Made by a program: the position numbers and the translations under genes. From Paramecium tetraurelia (lineage: Eukaryota), in the NCBI GenBank assembly GCA_000165425.1, contig CT868652.1, positions 1 to 64,000 of the forward strand: 64,000 nucleotides of DNA, in the 5' to 3' direction. A model generated the notes under the pieces. The model searched no databases and was not told where the DNA came from. It saw only the letters and a program-made list of their open reading frames with translations. Position 1 is the stretch's first letter; the number at the start of each line of letters is the position of its first letter. Below are positions 1 to 13,132 of the stretch, piece after piece.

Positions 1-830
1 GCCACCAAAAATAAACAAAGGCTCCCCTTTTTAAATAAATGTTGCTAAAAAATACATAAAAATGTATCAGTCTGGGATAGAAAATGGTTTAGAAAACTCA
101 AGATTATTTATACGGTGCTTAAACTAACAAATAGCAATTTGATTCGAATGTTATGCAAAAATAGATATAAAATTATGAGGTTACAAAAGGTAGCTTCTTT
201 GATATTTTTTTTGCACACACATACAATATGACAAATTAAAAATACTTCCTGAACCAAAACAGTCATCATTTTTTAAAAAAATTTCATTTCCTGACTTCAA
301 CATGTATGAGAAGGAGTTTAAAATATGTATCATTGATGGATGATTGGTATTAAATGAGTGTCTAGCAGCACCTATGGGTGTGATGCGCATCATTTAAATA
401 CTTTTAATCTGGTAATTAATTTGAACTACAACTTTTTATGCATGCTTCTTATTTTTACAATACGATAGATTTCTACTAAGCTTACAAACAAGACAAAGAT
501 TAGTGCTGGATGAAACATTTAGGATATGTAAATTTGAAGCAAATTACAAATAGAGTGGTATTCTACAACAAATGTCGAAAAAATGAGTGATGCAGCAGAC
601 AAATATTTATAAGTTAAGCTTGGAGTAACAATTTAACTCTTCTAAATGACAAGTCTATATTCGAATTAATCTGGTAAATATAATAAAACTGCAATCCTTT
701 GATGAAACGCTCTCGTTAAATCAAGTGGCCCACGCTCATGAAGGAATAGGACCTTGAAATTCTAGAGAAATTAATTGTTCCTAAATGATATATTTAGGGA
801 TAATTTGGCATTTATAAGCATTTTATTTTT
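1..830 (+). pseudogene. Degenerate coding-like remnant, family not recognised
   Basis: Protein-like stretches in ciliate code (e.g. ...MDDWYQMSVQQHLWV*CASFKYFQSGNQFELQLFMHASYF...) are broken by TGA and switch frames; no intact model could be built. Confidence 0.25.
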
Positions 831-1499
831 GTGTGTGATCACGATACTCTTTATTCCAATTATTATTAAAATAGATACAAGTTCATGCTGCACATTTATT
901 GTGAGGGTAAATATTAACTGAAACTGAAATAAAGTTGATTTGAGGTTGAGGTGATGTGAATATTTTTTATTTTATATTTACTACAAATTAAGTTGTAGTT
1001 TCTGAAAAACAAACAAAGCCTTTACATTCATATTTTCTTGTATAATATAAAATGTGGTTAAATTTTTAATTAAATAATATAGACAATCAGTAATTAAAAA
1101 CATTTTTAATTATTCAAATTAACATCATTTTGTTTAAATAACTGATTATTTACATGTAGAGCCGTCTAAAAGATAATGATGTTGGTTAGAAATTTCATTG
1201 AATATATCTAATAGTTTTCATACTGGTTTACTTTTTCAGATTGATTTGTTGTTGCTGAATTGAATGTTAATGAGACATTTGGATTATTCCTTTAAAAGCA
1301 ATATTTTTACTAGCTTTATAGAGGGGTTTAATTGCTGTTCAAATTTATACTACTTATGTCTTTACTTTTGGCTAACAAATAAAATGAGTTTTCTATAAAT
1401 ATAGTAATTGAACATAACCTTTAAAAAAAAAATATTTAAACAGGAAAAAAAAAGAAGTAAAATTTATATTTTATACACATGCCAAAATTTGTGCAAACA

Positions 1500-2337
1500 G
1501 TATATACCTTATCTCTTTTTCCTACTGAATGTCTATCTTTTGAAAAGATGTTAAATGTTGTCTAAGCCAAGATATACACTAAGTATTGAATTTTGAATGA
1601 TAGAGCTTTAATTTATATTGTTAGTAGCGTATTAATGGAGGTTAATACTCCATTTAATTTCTTCCAAACAAAATTTACAGTTTAATCTACAGTGATAACG
1701 TTGAATATCCTTTTGAGTTTATGATATATATCTTGATTTAATTTATCCCTATAAGGCTAATAAAGAAATCTTCACAATTATGGAATGAAATTCAGCATTA
1801 TTTGTATGATCGAATCATTAGTTTGTGTTAACACATTACTCTCATCTTCAGGTCTTTTTAAACACGCTCAAATCCGTTTACTTCTGGCAAAGCATCTTTA
1901 TTTGAAAAAATTATTTGCTCGTCTTTCTCACAATTACTTTATAACCTACATGTGGCACCATATAGCTATTGAACCTTTTTCTCAAATAATTTTGCCTATT
2001 CAGACAATACCAATGACCCTTTACTTATATATACTAAATCATCAACCCCACTAGTTAGTTTTATACAGCCCCTGTCTCGACTTACATACTTTCCAGCACC
2101 CAGCAAATCCAGATCTATCAGTTCCTTTACTCTTTCCTCTCTCACCGTCTTTTAGTCTCTTGAATATTCTTATTTCGCCCTATTAAAATCTTCCACCTTT
2201 TATAATTTTCTTCGCCCTGCCCGTTCCTTCTCATCCGTTTAACCATATCTTTTTCTTATTTCTTAATTTTCTCTAGGAATACTTATTGGAATTCATGATA
2301 TCAAAATATTAATGAATTCACATTTCTTATCAATCAT
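1500..2337 (-). pseudogene. Purine-rich, charged ORF remnant with in-frame TGAs
   Basis: One minus frame reads MIDKKCEFINILIS*IPISIPRENQEIRKRYGQTDEKERAGRRKLQ...RSYKQC*ISFHNCEDF...; about 160 open codons lie between two TGAs. No family recognised. Confidence 0.3.
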
Positions 2338-2499
2338 TTATTCATTAGATAATTACTCATATTGATAATTGCCAGTTTTAGCCTTTACCATTTCGATAAT
2401 CCAGCAATTGAATCATTTAAAAAATTTTTTACAGGTCATTCAGATTGTTAATTATGAAGTGTTGTAAAACTAAATGCTATTTTATAAAATAGTTGTTAA

Positions 2500-3960
2500 T
2501 TAGCAATAAATTGATGTACAATATACAAGTTTATCTTGATTAAAAATATGATAATGTGTTGTTTAAAAACTTGAATATCCTTCTCAAACCTTATTAACAA
2601 TGTTCATATCGGAAGATCTTTATGTTATAATAATGTTAACTGGAAATGGGGGAAAAATTTATTATTAAAAATCACCAAAATAATAATAATAACCAAATAA
2701 ATAAAATAAAATTGCACAGCATTTTATTAGGATGAAGATGTTTTCTAATATGAAATGCGTAGATATTTAAATAATATGACATAACACTTGCACAACATAT
2801 TTTAATTAAGAAAGAAGGTTGTGTCTATTGCTATAATGGAATTGTTGTCGATTCCATTATCTACAACTCGTGCATTTAAATAAGTAATGAGAAACTCTTT
2901 AAATTACCTGATGATTTTCAAAAGATTGCCCAATAGGTTATCGGACGTTGAGGATTATATCTGCTATAAAAATATTTATAAAATATTTTTAAATTTTAAG
3001 TTTATCGAAAATTATAATGACTCGTAATTTAGCAACTTCTCAATTGAATTCCATAGTATTTAATTACTATAATCTTTTATTTCTTTAAGATTAAAAGAAA
3101 TGATACACTTTAAAAGCCCTTCAATCAATTAGTATGTAAATATAAACTTCAATCAAAATTAATTTTACATGACAGCCTTGATTAACTTATGCATATAAAT
3201 CTTAGAAAACTAGAATTGAATTAAATTCTAAATTGACTCAACTAATTTGATTTCAAATTTGAAAATTCACACCTTTAATTAATTTTAAAATAAAATAAGA
3301 ATTTTCTCTTAAAATAAGTTGATAGTTTAAGGCAGACCTTTGAAAAATCAGGAACTAAAAGGAAGCCTTGTTTTAGAATTCTATTTCGGAAGAATAATTG
3401 TTGTCTTGTTAAGCTAAATATTCTGTCTGGTATATGTTATTAATCAATAAATTAAAGAATTTCAAGCCTAAATTAGTAATTATATACTAAATAGGGTACC
3501 TGTTGAATTCAAATTGTTATTAGTTAAGTTATTATGATATTTATAATTTACTAAATTTCGTGTGATATTTCAAATCACAGATTTCTTATTATAAATTAAG
3601 AACTTTGGAAAAAAATTTAATTAAAAGATTGTGCTCTGATAATATTTTTCTCATTATAATAGTATTCTAAAACAACCTTTTCCAAATCGCTCGATCACAT
3701 ATTGGTGATTTTAAGCTCTAAATTTCATCAATTTTAATGAAAATAATTTGTTAATTAATATCAATGCAAAGAATTTTGATTGTAAAATAGAGAAAAACTA
3801 TTAATTTAAAGGGTTTTCAGATTTTTGTTTCATTTTAACATGAATTTGAATACTTAATAAATCGTGGCTTCATTCGAGAATTATGATATTATGTAATTAT
3901 GGTAATAATTGTTAGTAAATAAATTATATTTAAATAAACAGTAGCTCTTTCAAAGATAAT
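2500..3960 (+). pseudogene. Possible decayed Cys-rich surface/membrane protein gene
   Basis: Fragments such as EGCVYCYNG and KDCPIGY occur in different frames and are followed by hydrophobic fragments; many frameshifts and stops. Confidence 0.3.
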
Positions 3961-4226
3961 CAGGAAACATAGTTATTATTGATTTCATTTCACTACTATA
4001 ATATAAAAAAAAAATTAAAAAATATTATTGAGGGTTAATTCCAAAATGATTTCAAGAACAATGAAAGCAAACAGAATTGACAACAAGAGATGAATTAATA
4101 TGCAAATAAAATTTACATTATGTGAATTTATTCAAAATTAATGCAAGAATCAACAATTGAAGGCCCTTAATCGATAAATCTGAAGATTATAGATTATAAA
4201 TTAAAGTTTATAACATAATAATACTT

Positions 4227-4604
4227 TCATGCAATCAATCCTTAATTTGTTCTTTTATATTCTCCACAACATCCATTAGGGCAAAAAAATCCAGCCAGAA
4301 ACCATATCACTCCTAAACCAATAAAACCAATTCCTGTATCAGATGAATCCCCCCCAAAATTACCAATAAGTAATACTAAACCAACTAAAATCGAAATAAC
4401 TCCTAAGATATAAAAACTTTTTCTTCTTTTTTATTCAGTGCAACCACAACAACCGCCATCACCATAGAATGCTATATTAAGTTCTCGATTCAGTCTTTTA
4501 AGATCTTCTATTTATTTCATTTATGCATCCCATGCCAAACAATTGCTACATTAACCATCATAACTTTAGATATGTTTGCATCTTTGACATTCATATTTTA
4601 CCAT
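4227..4604 (-). CDS. 125-aa protein with N-terminal C4 zinc ribbon and two TM helices
   Basis: Intronless ATG..TGA: MVKYECQRCKHIQSYDGQCSNCLAWDAQ...GGCCGCTEQKRRKSFYILGVISILVGLVLLIGNFGGDSSDTGIGFIGLGVIWFLAGFFCPNGCCGEYKRTNQGLIA*. Confidence 0.8.
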
Positions 4605-5681
4605 TATTAGAAGAAATAAATTATATTAAAATAATCAATTTATTATGTTGCTTAGATCGCTTAATAAATATAATTTAAAAAATCAATCCCATAACCTTTT
4701 TAGCGATCGCTCATTATTGGCTTTAAACAAAATTTTGCTTGATAATGTTCTTTATACCAAATGGTAGAATAACAAAATCAAAATAGAATCTTGTTTCTTT
4801 CTTCATTATGTAGTTGATAAATGAATTTATTTATTCCATCAAATCAGCTAAAAGATTATTTAACTGCTTACTTAATTATTATTACAAATTGTTTTTCGAT
4901 TATCAATTTCAAGATGTAAAGATTTACTAATGACAAAAAAAATTAAAAAGTGAAACTATTTGACTTAGATAAAATTTGGAAATTTTTGTTGATCATAAAC
5001 TATAATGATATGAAAAATATATTTATTTTCAAAATTCTCCAACAATTGCTTTAATTCTTCAAATCTATATTCAATCAAATAATCAAAAAATAATTAAATT
5101 AAATCAAATATGATCGTGAGGATATTGGAATTTGATCAAAATTAATTAGGAAATGTGTGTACCATTTAATTTAGAATCAAGAAAGCTTTCCTCAAAGTCA
5201 TTAGGTAAAGTTAATCTTTTCTTATTTGCAGTTGAAAATGTTTTCTTTTGTTGAACCAACCATTAATTAAATAATATCCCTACAATAATTTAATCTTTCA
5301 AATATTAATGCGCGACTTTTGCTCTCATTTTTGTTAACTAATTGACTTTTTTTTAATTAAAATCTACAATATTATATTTTTTTCTATTTTCTTGAAGAAG
5401 TTTAGATCAAATGAGACATTTTTAATTATCTATGGGCTGTGAGGAATCTAATATCATTTTTTTGTATCTTAACGTCTCTGATTATAAATTGAAAGAATTC
5501 AATATTTCTTCAAATTATTCATTTAGGATATTTGATTTCTTTGAAAAGCTAGTTATAATTACGCACTTATTCCATTTCTATTTTTTATGAGATGTTGTGT
5601 TAAAATTATCATAAAAAAGAACAGTTAATAAAATTAAAAAGTATTAAATAATGTTTAAACCCTATCATAATATATTTAAAA

Positions 5682-8600
5682 TCACATAACATTATACTAT
5701 TTCAAATTTTAATTCTTTCTCTAAAACTTTTTCACACTCATAATTTATCTTACTCCCAACTAATTCTACGCATCAACTTCTTTAATTTATAAAATTGAAT
5801 TTAACAGAAATTGATCTGCCTGTGTGAGCTGGGATAATACTGCTGGATAATTAATTTTTAGACATTGTAAAATATTTTATACTAATTAAGTTTATTAGTT
5901 TTATGACATTATGCGAGTAGTTTCAAGATCTATCATGTTTGGTTTTTCAATCTAATTTTCTTTCTTATAGTTTGACATCTCTTTTAAATGTAATTCTAGT
6001 TGATTATCTTGATATTCTAAATCAAAACTTGGGATATTTTTTTCCATCTAACAATTTGCATATATATATTACTTATTATGAAAAGTTTGGGTTCCCAATT
6101 TTTTAATGAAAAGATATTTTCTCTATATATGCAGCATATTTATTGAGAAAATTATTAAACAATTACTCAATTATCTATTGTCTATGTTATTCTTCATAAA
6201 GAATGTGAGAGTTTAAAATTAAAAAGTGAATGATCGTAAAGTAAAATTTATAATTATAAACTGTTAAGGCTCTTCCGAAAGTCAGGTTTATATAGCCACT
6301 TGTATTAATGATGATTTATCTTAAATGCACATTCAATATTTTAGAATTATCCATAATAACTGGCATAAATATGGAAATAAACGTCTTTGGCAATATTTCT
6401 TTTTATTACAATTAGAGGGAAAGAATTTTATAAAATTATTCTGTAAACAATAAACAACACTCATCTAAATTATAGTACTGATAGAATGTTTGAATTAATA
6501 TTGAAATTCTGATATTATCTTCAATTGAGTCATTTTTATGAAGCTCAGAATATATAAATTTTATCATCTAAAACTTAAAAAAATTTTATATACTATTGAT
6601 ATCCACTAAGGCTTTGATTTTATTACTTCAGAAGCATGAATTGTGCTTGACAAAAAGAGTCTGAAAACACTTTCAATCGTTAATTTACCTTCCTACTCAA
6701 GAATTCCAGGTAAACTATCATAAATTATATATATTATTTCTGTCAAACCCTTTGTATATGCAATGAATTTGGCACTAGCATCAAAGATCTCATCTATAAA
6801 CTACAAATTTTCTGGTTGCAATAACAAATTCATGATTTAAATCAAAGTGGGTTCTAGTTAGGCCTAAAATTAATTATCCAATAAATACAGTATATTTAAG
6901 TGTATATGGTTAGGACAAAATAGTATCAACAATCTTTATGCAACTAAAAACGATTGAGGTATGATTAATATATTAAGTCTGATTCAAATTGATTTTTTTA
7001 CAACCTAAATCAATTCTTTTTGCAATTGCTTTCATTATATCATCAAGGTATGTATCTATGATTACATTACAATTCTAAACTACAATTGATGTGAATTCAT
7101 AATATATGTCAAGATCGCATTATGCTAATTAAACACAAAATTCATTGTGCTAAATTGCAATTGAATCTTCCATTTTTTGTTAAATATCCTAGTTTTACAT
7201 AAGATAAATCAGACATTTAACTGCAAATTACTTTACTCCTCGTTTTTGTTTTGACTAATTTAAGATTCCGAAACAGAATTTTATACATTTAGTAAAAGAT
7301 CTGTCAGAATTACAGAATATTTAAGGCAAAGAAATTTTAATGAATTCCATTCCTAAACATTTCCCCAGAGCATCTGCCTTTTTTTTCATATACTTTAAAT
7401 TTTGCTTTAAAAAATACTCTATACTCTATCTAACATCTTTTCTGGTTGTAAGTTATTTATTTAAAATACAAAAAGACAACATAATTGTATTATATCTTAA
7501 ATCAGGAGAACAAGTAAAAAAGTTACATTAAATTATTTCTTTTTGTAATTTATTGCATATTGAGGTTTCTTGAATTACTTCAAAATGAAACAGCAATAAT
7601 TCGTATGCCAAATCATAATAATTTTTTAAAAATCCATCAATATTTTAAGAAAGCTTATCCAAAATTTATGCCATTAAGCCTTTAATTGTGTCATTCTAAA
7701 TAATCGAATAATATTTACATCAAAATTAATTATGGCTTAGATATTCTCATAAAAGTCTGTGGGGTTTTCATAAAAATTTTCGTGATCATCGTCATCAAAG
7801 ATTAGGTTGTCGAAAATTACATTGAATAATAATTGCTGTTAATTATTTAAAAAAAAGTCGTATGAAAAAGAATAACTTAAGCATTCGTTTACAAACTGTA
7901 AGACTGATAAAGATGTAGAGTGATCAAATTTTTTTTCCAAAAATGATTAAATAAGTAGAGGTAAAATTTAATTAGTCAATTGTGCTAAGTAGGGGACCTA
8001 CTGCGAATCAAATTTTAGTTGAGCTTGAACTTATTATTAGTTTTTAATTAGCATGGATAAAGATTTGACTAAGTGAGAAGTTATTATATAGTCTTATAAT
8101 ATATACTTTTGAATGAATGTTAATAAATGCTGATCTTATGATAATATTAATAATTTTTCTTGTTAGTAACAATTGTACTTTTGAATGCATACTACTATGA
8201 TACTACTTAATGTTTTCCCAACCTAAAGATCAATTTTTGAATAATCAATAAATTGAAATTATTGAAATATCTGTTCAATTATAATTTAAAGTTATTAATC
8301 CAAAGTTCTTATATTAAATAGAAATCTCAACAATTAATCCAATATAAATAATATTGATATAATAGAGGTTGACATTTGTTGGTGACTGCTAGCTAAGGAT
8401 TACGACATTTATTACAATAAAAAGTCAAATAATTCATTTTTCTCTTAAAATGCTTCAAATACCATTGCAATTAAATGGGTTATTAGTTTATAATGAGATT
8501 TGAAATATTTAATACCTAGATGAATGGATAAAGAAAATATTATTTATTGATCTTGTTCTTATGTGATTAATGATAGTTTCCTTAGTTGTTGAGTGGCAAA

Positions 8601-8858
8601 GATAACCATTGATTTGAACCGTTAAGGGTTATATTTCTGAGGATTCATTTGCATGATTGAATCAAAATGATAAAGCGTTCTCATTATCAAAATTAATTTT
8701 AGTGAGAAATTGTTCTCCATGTATAAATCCACAGATTATTAATTTTCTTGGTTGGATTAAACTTTGGCAATATAATCTAAAAATTGATCTAATTCCACAA
8801 TAGGCAATCCTTCAGCTATAGGTTAGGTAAACAATTAGAGTAAATAACTTTAATTCAT
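5682..8858 (-). CDS. Large ARM/HEAT-repeat protein, importin-beta (importin-7/8/11)-like
   Basis: About 1000-codon helical, Leu/Ile-rich frame restored by several 23-26 nt introns; contains the importin-type motif LIFDDDDHENFYENPTDFYENI. The C-terminal part was not traced codon by codon. Confidence 0.65.
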
Positions 8859-9029
8859 GAATATAATGTAATTAAAATATTATACTCAAATTTAGTTTGA
8901 TTAGTATAAGTGAGCAGATAAATAATTAGAGCATAAAATTTAAGAATTTGAGTAATTTTTACTAATAAAGTATGAAGATGAATGTTTAACAATAATATTT
9001 AATAAACTTTTTCTTATTTATTGATTATG

Positions 9030-10925
9030 TCAATGTGAATACCATTTAGGCTATCCATTAGCATCTTAGATAACTAGTCGGCCATCATCTTATAACACCA
9101 ATACAAACGGAGGAGCAAAATTACCAAAGTTTTAACCTGACACCCAATATGGTACTCCTTTGGCATCAATCATTTATAACTCTCCAGAAGGATCAAATTT
9201 CAACCACACAGGTGGAATTGGCTATCGATTGAAATTAATAGCCTATTTTTCTAAAATATCAATACTGAAAAAATGGGTTGCCTAGTTTAATTATGAAAGA
9301 TGTATAAACGACCATCATGGAAGAAAGACAATGTAAATTATTGATTTGGACTTGTTAGCATGAATCCTGAAGTCATAGTTTTGCCAGCTTAAATTATATT
9401 CTAGTCGTCATCTAACCATCTTAATCTATTTCCATGAGCCCAAACTCCTTTTTTCTTTGCTCCATTCACAAATGTCCATTCACTAGATATTTATCGTTTA
9501 TTACCCATTTCCATGCATATTATTATCGATCCATTATCCATCGTATTGTTATCTATTATTCCACACTTGTTTTCCTTATCCATTTTTCTTCCCATTTATA
9601 AATTAACCTTCAAATCGAGAGTCGCCAACTACCAAAACTCCAGTTCCATTGTACTAAAAGATATTATTACATGATATACTTAATCATTAGCCCATTGACC
9701 TTCATAATATCCACCATAACTAAATTAGAGTCTTCCCTAACCATGTTTCAAATTATTCATCATATCTCCAGTATAATGATCTCCATTGGGATAAGTGAAA
9801 TCCACTCTTCCATTCATTGGCTACATTCCATAATTATTTTGATATCTAACTTCATAATTTTGAACGAATTAATTCAATTATTAAGGAAATACTTATTATT
9901 ATTATTACTATGGTTATTATTATTATTATGGTTATTAATATTGTGTTTAAAGTTATTATTAGAAGGACTCTTTTGAAGGGGCTTCTGCTGACTATTTGTC
10001 CTTTTAAAGATAATCTTATGGTTTAGATGTCTTAAATGTGCATTCTATCTCTACTTCCCCAACATTTGCTCCATCATAAAATAATGTAACTGTTTACAAT
10101 TAGTTCTCTTTTAGTGCTAAGGAATCAGTAATTGAAGCATAACCTATTGGATAAATAAAACTATTACCACATCCCAAGAAATCATTCCATCCTATCAAAG
10201 ATTCAGCCCAAACTTCTATGTATAAAGTATCTTCATTGGTCTCTCTAGTAAAGATTATTTCGTCAGTCCATTTTGGTGTGGTATGTCCAGCTGCATCTAC
10301 CGAGGTGTTCATAGTTTCATTGCCAAAATGAACCGTCAAAAATGGATCCATTTTTAGTAATAAATTGGTATTCTTCTTTAACCTACCAAATTTTGGTTTG
10401 ACAATGAATTTTCCTTCAGTATCTGGGGCTTTTATTTCTGGCAAGTCTTTTCCACTAGGATCTAGAGTAAAAGTAGCTTCCAAAGTAATTTCCCCTGCTT
10501 TTTCACCGTGATGGAAGAGTAGGAATGAAATTCTTTTTGGTTCAGCATTTCCTTTTCTTAAAGAAGTCAAAGAAAATGCACCTTCACCAATCAAAATGTC
10601 TGAAGTTATAGTATTTTCACACCACACCTATCCTATTATTACATCTTGTTCTCCCAGCAACTTTTAAAATGTATGTGTGCATCCTTCCCATTTTCTATTT
10701 AAATAATATTAGAATGTATATGTACGGATGCTTTCCTCCTTCCTTTGCTACTGGTGTCTTGAACTCTTGTCTCCCCATAATTAATTTGATATAAGGATCC
10801 ATAACTCCTATGAATCTTACATCCCGTTCTAATAAAGCGTGCTTTATTGTCATAAAAACTGGACCTTTGAATCCAGGCGCTCTATTTTATTCTACCACAG
10901 TTCCTGCACTACTACCGCAACCCAT
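9030..10925 (-). CDS. N-acylation motif + two C2 domains + Gln-rich linker + MORN repeats + C-terminal bulb-type lectin domain
   Basis: Starts MGCGSS. C2 motifs VMDPYIKLIMG..KEGGKHPKW and KMDPFLTVHFG..GHTTPKW. MORN units YTGDMMNNLKHGQG, YEGQWANDQYNGTG, FEGQFINGKKNGQG, YDGQWIDNNMHGNG. Ends FVLVLQDDGRLVIQDANGQPKWYSH*. About 5 tiny introns. Confidence 0.88.
9893..9961 (-). repeat. (TAA)n microsatellite encoding a poly-Gln linker
   Basis: (TTA)n runs on the + strand are in-frame TAA Gln codons (QQPQQQQPQQQQQ) between the C2 and MORN regions. Confidence 0.8.
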
Positions 10926-11147
10926 TAAGTAAAGTAATTTATAATTATCAATAATATCGAATAATAGATTTTGTTTGAAATGGTTAAAAAATAATATATG
11001 TATTAAATCCGATTATTACGATTCTATAATTTAATTTTATATTCTATCATTGACACTACATCTATGAGTAACACAGATAGGGTTTGATAAAGTAATGAAC
11101 ACAAATTAAAATACAATTAATATTATTATTGATTTATTTTATTAATG

Positions 11148-13132
11148 TCATTCATTTTTATTTGTATATTATTCGTACTTTTCATATTCAAATTTAATTT
11201 CCTTTAATAATTTATAATACTCTCTTTCAATTGCCAAAGCTTGTCTATATTGTTCCATAATACTTTATCTTTTGTTCTCAGATTATTATAGCTTCTCTTA
11301 ATAAAGTTATAATTATTTTTATAGTTACTAAAGTTAGTTAATATAATACTTTGTAGGTAGAATCTAAATTTTAGGATAATTCAATCTTTCCTTTTTTATC
11401 CTTTAAATTATTGGTATAATTCTCCTTAAATGTTCTATAAATATCCACAAATTAAGCCGCCAGTTATTTCACTTCTAGTAAATTATTATACTTTAATAAT
11501 AATTTTTTATTTGATTCCATCTCCTCATTGATCGAATCGTATAGTTCTAAAAACCTTTGATGATATTGGGCAATTTCAGAAGGCTGTGGAAAAGATTCTA
11601 ACTTTCTTTCTAAGACAACTATCTCCTAATTTAAAAGTTGAAATTGCTAGAACTTCTTTTCAAATTTTTCCTTTTTTTAGTTATATTATGATTTCATCTC
11701 TTTTAATAATTCCTAATCATTTTCTTGTGGCATATTCCTTAAAGCCTCTTCTTTTTCTTTCTCTATTTTTTGTTATTCCTATTTAATCTCCTTTTTTAGT
11801 TCTGTTTTTTATTCTTTCAATTCGATTTTTTTTGCAACTTACTCCTCAGCCCTTTTAATATCTACTTGATTTGCTTTTTTCGTCTTTGAGTCAATTACTT
11901 TTAGCGCATCTACAATCTTAGTAAGACGTGATTTTTCTTCATTTATTTATTCTGTCAATTAGTTGTTTTATGACTCCAGCTACTCTACTTCCTACATATC
12001 CTATTCTATAGCTTTCTCTAAATTGTTAAGGTTTTATTGTTATAATTTAAATTATTATTCAAGAATAATTTTCTCTTATAACTTTATGTTTACAGTATTT
12101 ACTACTTCTTGATCTTCTTCTTAAGTTTATTATTTCAATCCCTCAGCAATTTTTTCTTTCGAAATCAGCTAGGATAATGATTATCCAGCAATAGAATTTC
12201 TTCTTTATAATTTCTGAAACTTCCTTCCTTCTTCTTCATTCAAAGTTGCTTCTGCCGATGGACCAGCTATTTGAGACATTTCCTTTATTTATGCTTGTGC
12301 CTATTACATTTTCTCTTTTTATAGATTAGTTAACTATTCTAATGTTACTTATTAATTTTAATTAGTTTATTTTTTTTCAGGTACTTCATCAAGAAATAAA
12401 TTTTATTGGAATGCTAAAGTTGGATTCTATTGAGTTTTGCTATTAACAGCGCTTACATTCTACTAATTTCCTTATTTTTATTTTTAAATTCCTGAAATCA
12501 AAGCACAAAATTTGTTATAAGTTCTTTGACTTGATAAATCTCCATATTCAATTAATGTAGAATAAACCCGTAAAGGGTCTTTTTTTGATAATTTTTTCAA
12601 ATTCTTAGTTTATCTATTATCTTATAATAAATCTAATTATGATACAATTTCTTAGATTGCCTTCTTTTCTTCTTAATCTTATTAATATAAAGCTTAATTT
12701 GCATTTTTACCAACTAATTTACTTACTCTATAATTTTAATCTTGTCGAAATTCTCTAGTTTCTAAGACAAATTTGATGAGCCATTTAATTACAGGGTAGA
12801 TGGCATTCAAATCTAGACCTTAAATTTAATGTGGTTAAAGATTATATGGGGATTACATCTCTATTAGAGATTTGACAATTTATTCTGAAACCTTGATCTT
12901 CTGCCCTATATTATAGTCATCATTATATTAAATATCAATAGCAAAGTTAGATTATGTAATACACCAACTGAGACCTCCCAAAATCTACATCTTGATATAT
13001 GAGTAATACCTTATCAAATGGCTTAATTGAGGGAATACGAATTCTAAAATAGCCTGCTAAAAGAAGCAAATCCAAGATTTCCTTCAATTTAGGATTAGTT
13101 TCTGGATCCAAATTGACGACTTCACCTTTCAT
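11148..13132 (-). CDS. CCDC93: Coiled-coil domain-containing protein 93 (CCC/Commander complex)
   Basis: N-terminus [33 protein letters not shown], then [25 protein letters not shown], then long coiled coils; this matches the CCDC93 signature. Confidence 0.9.
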
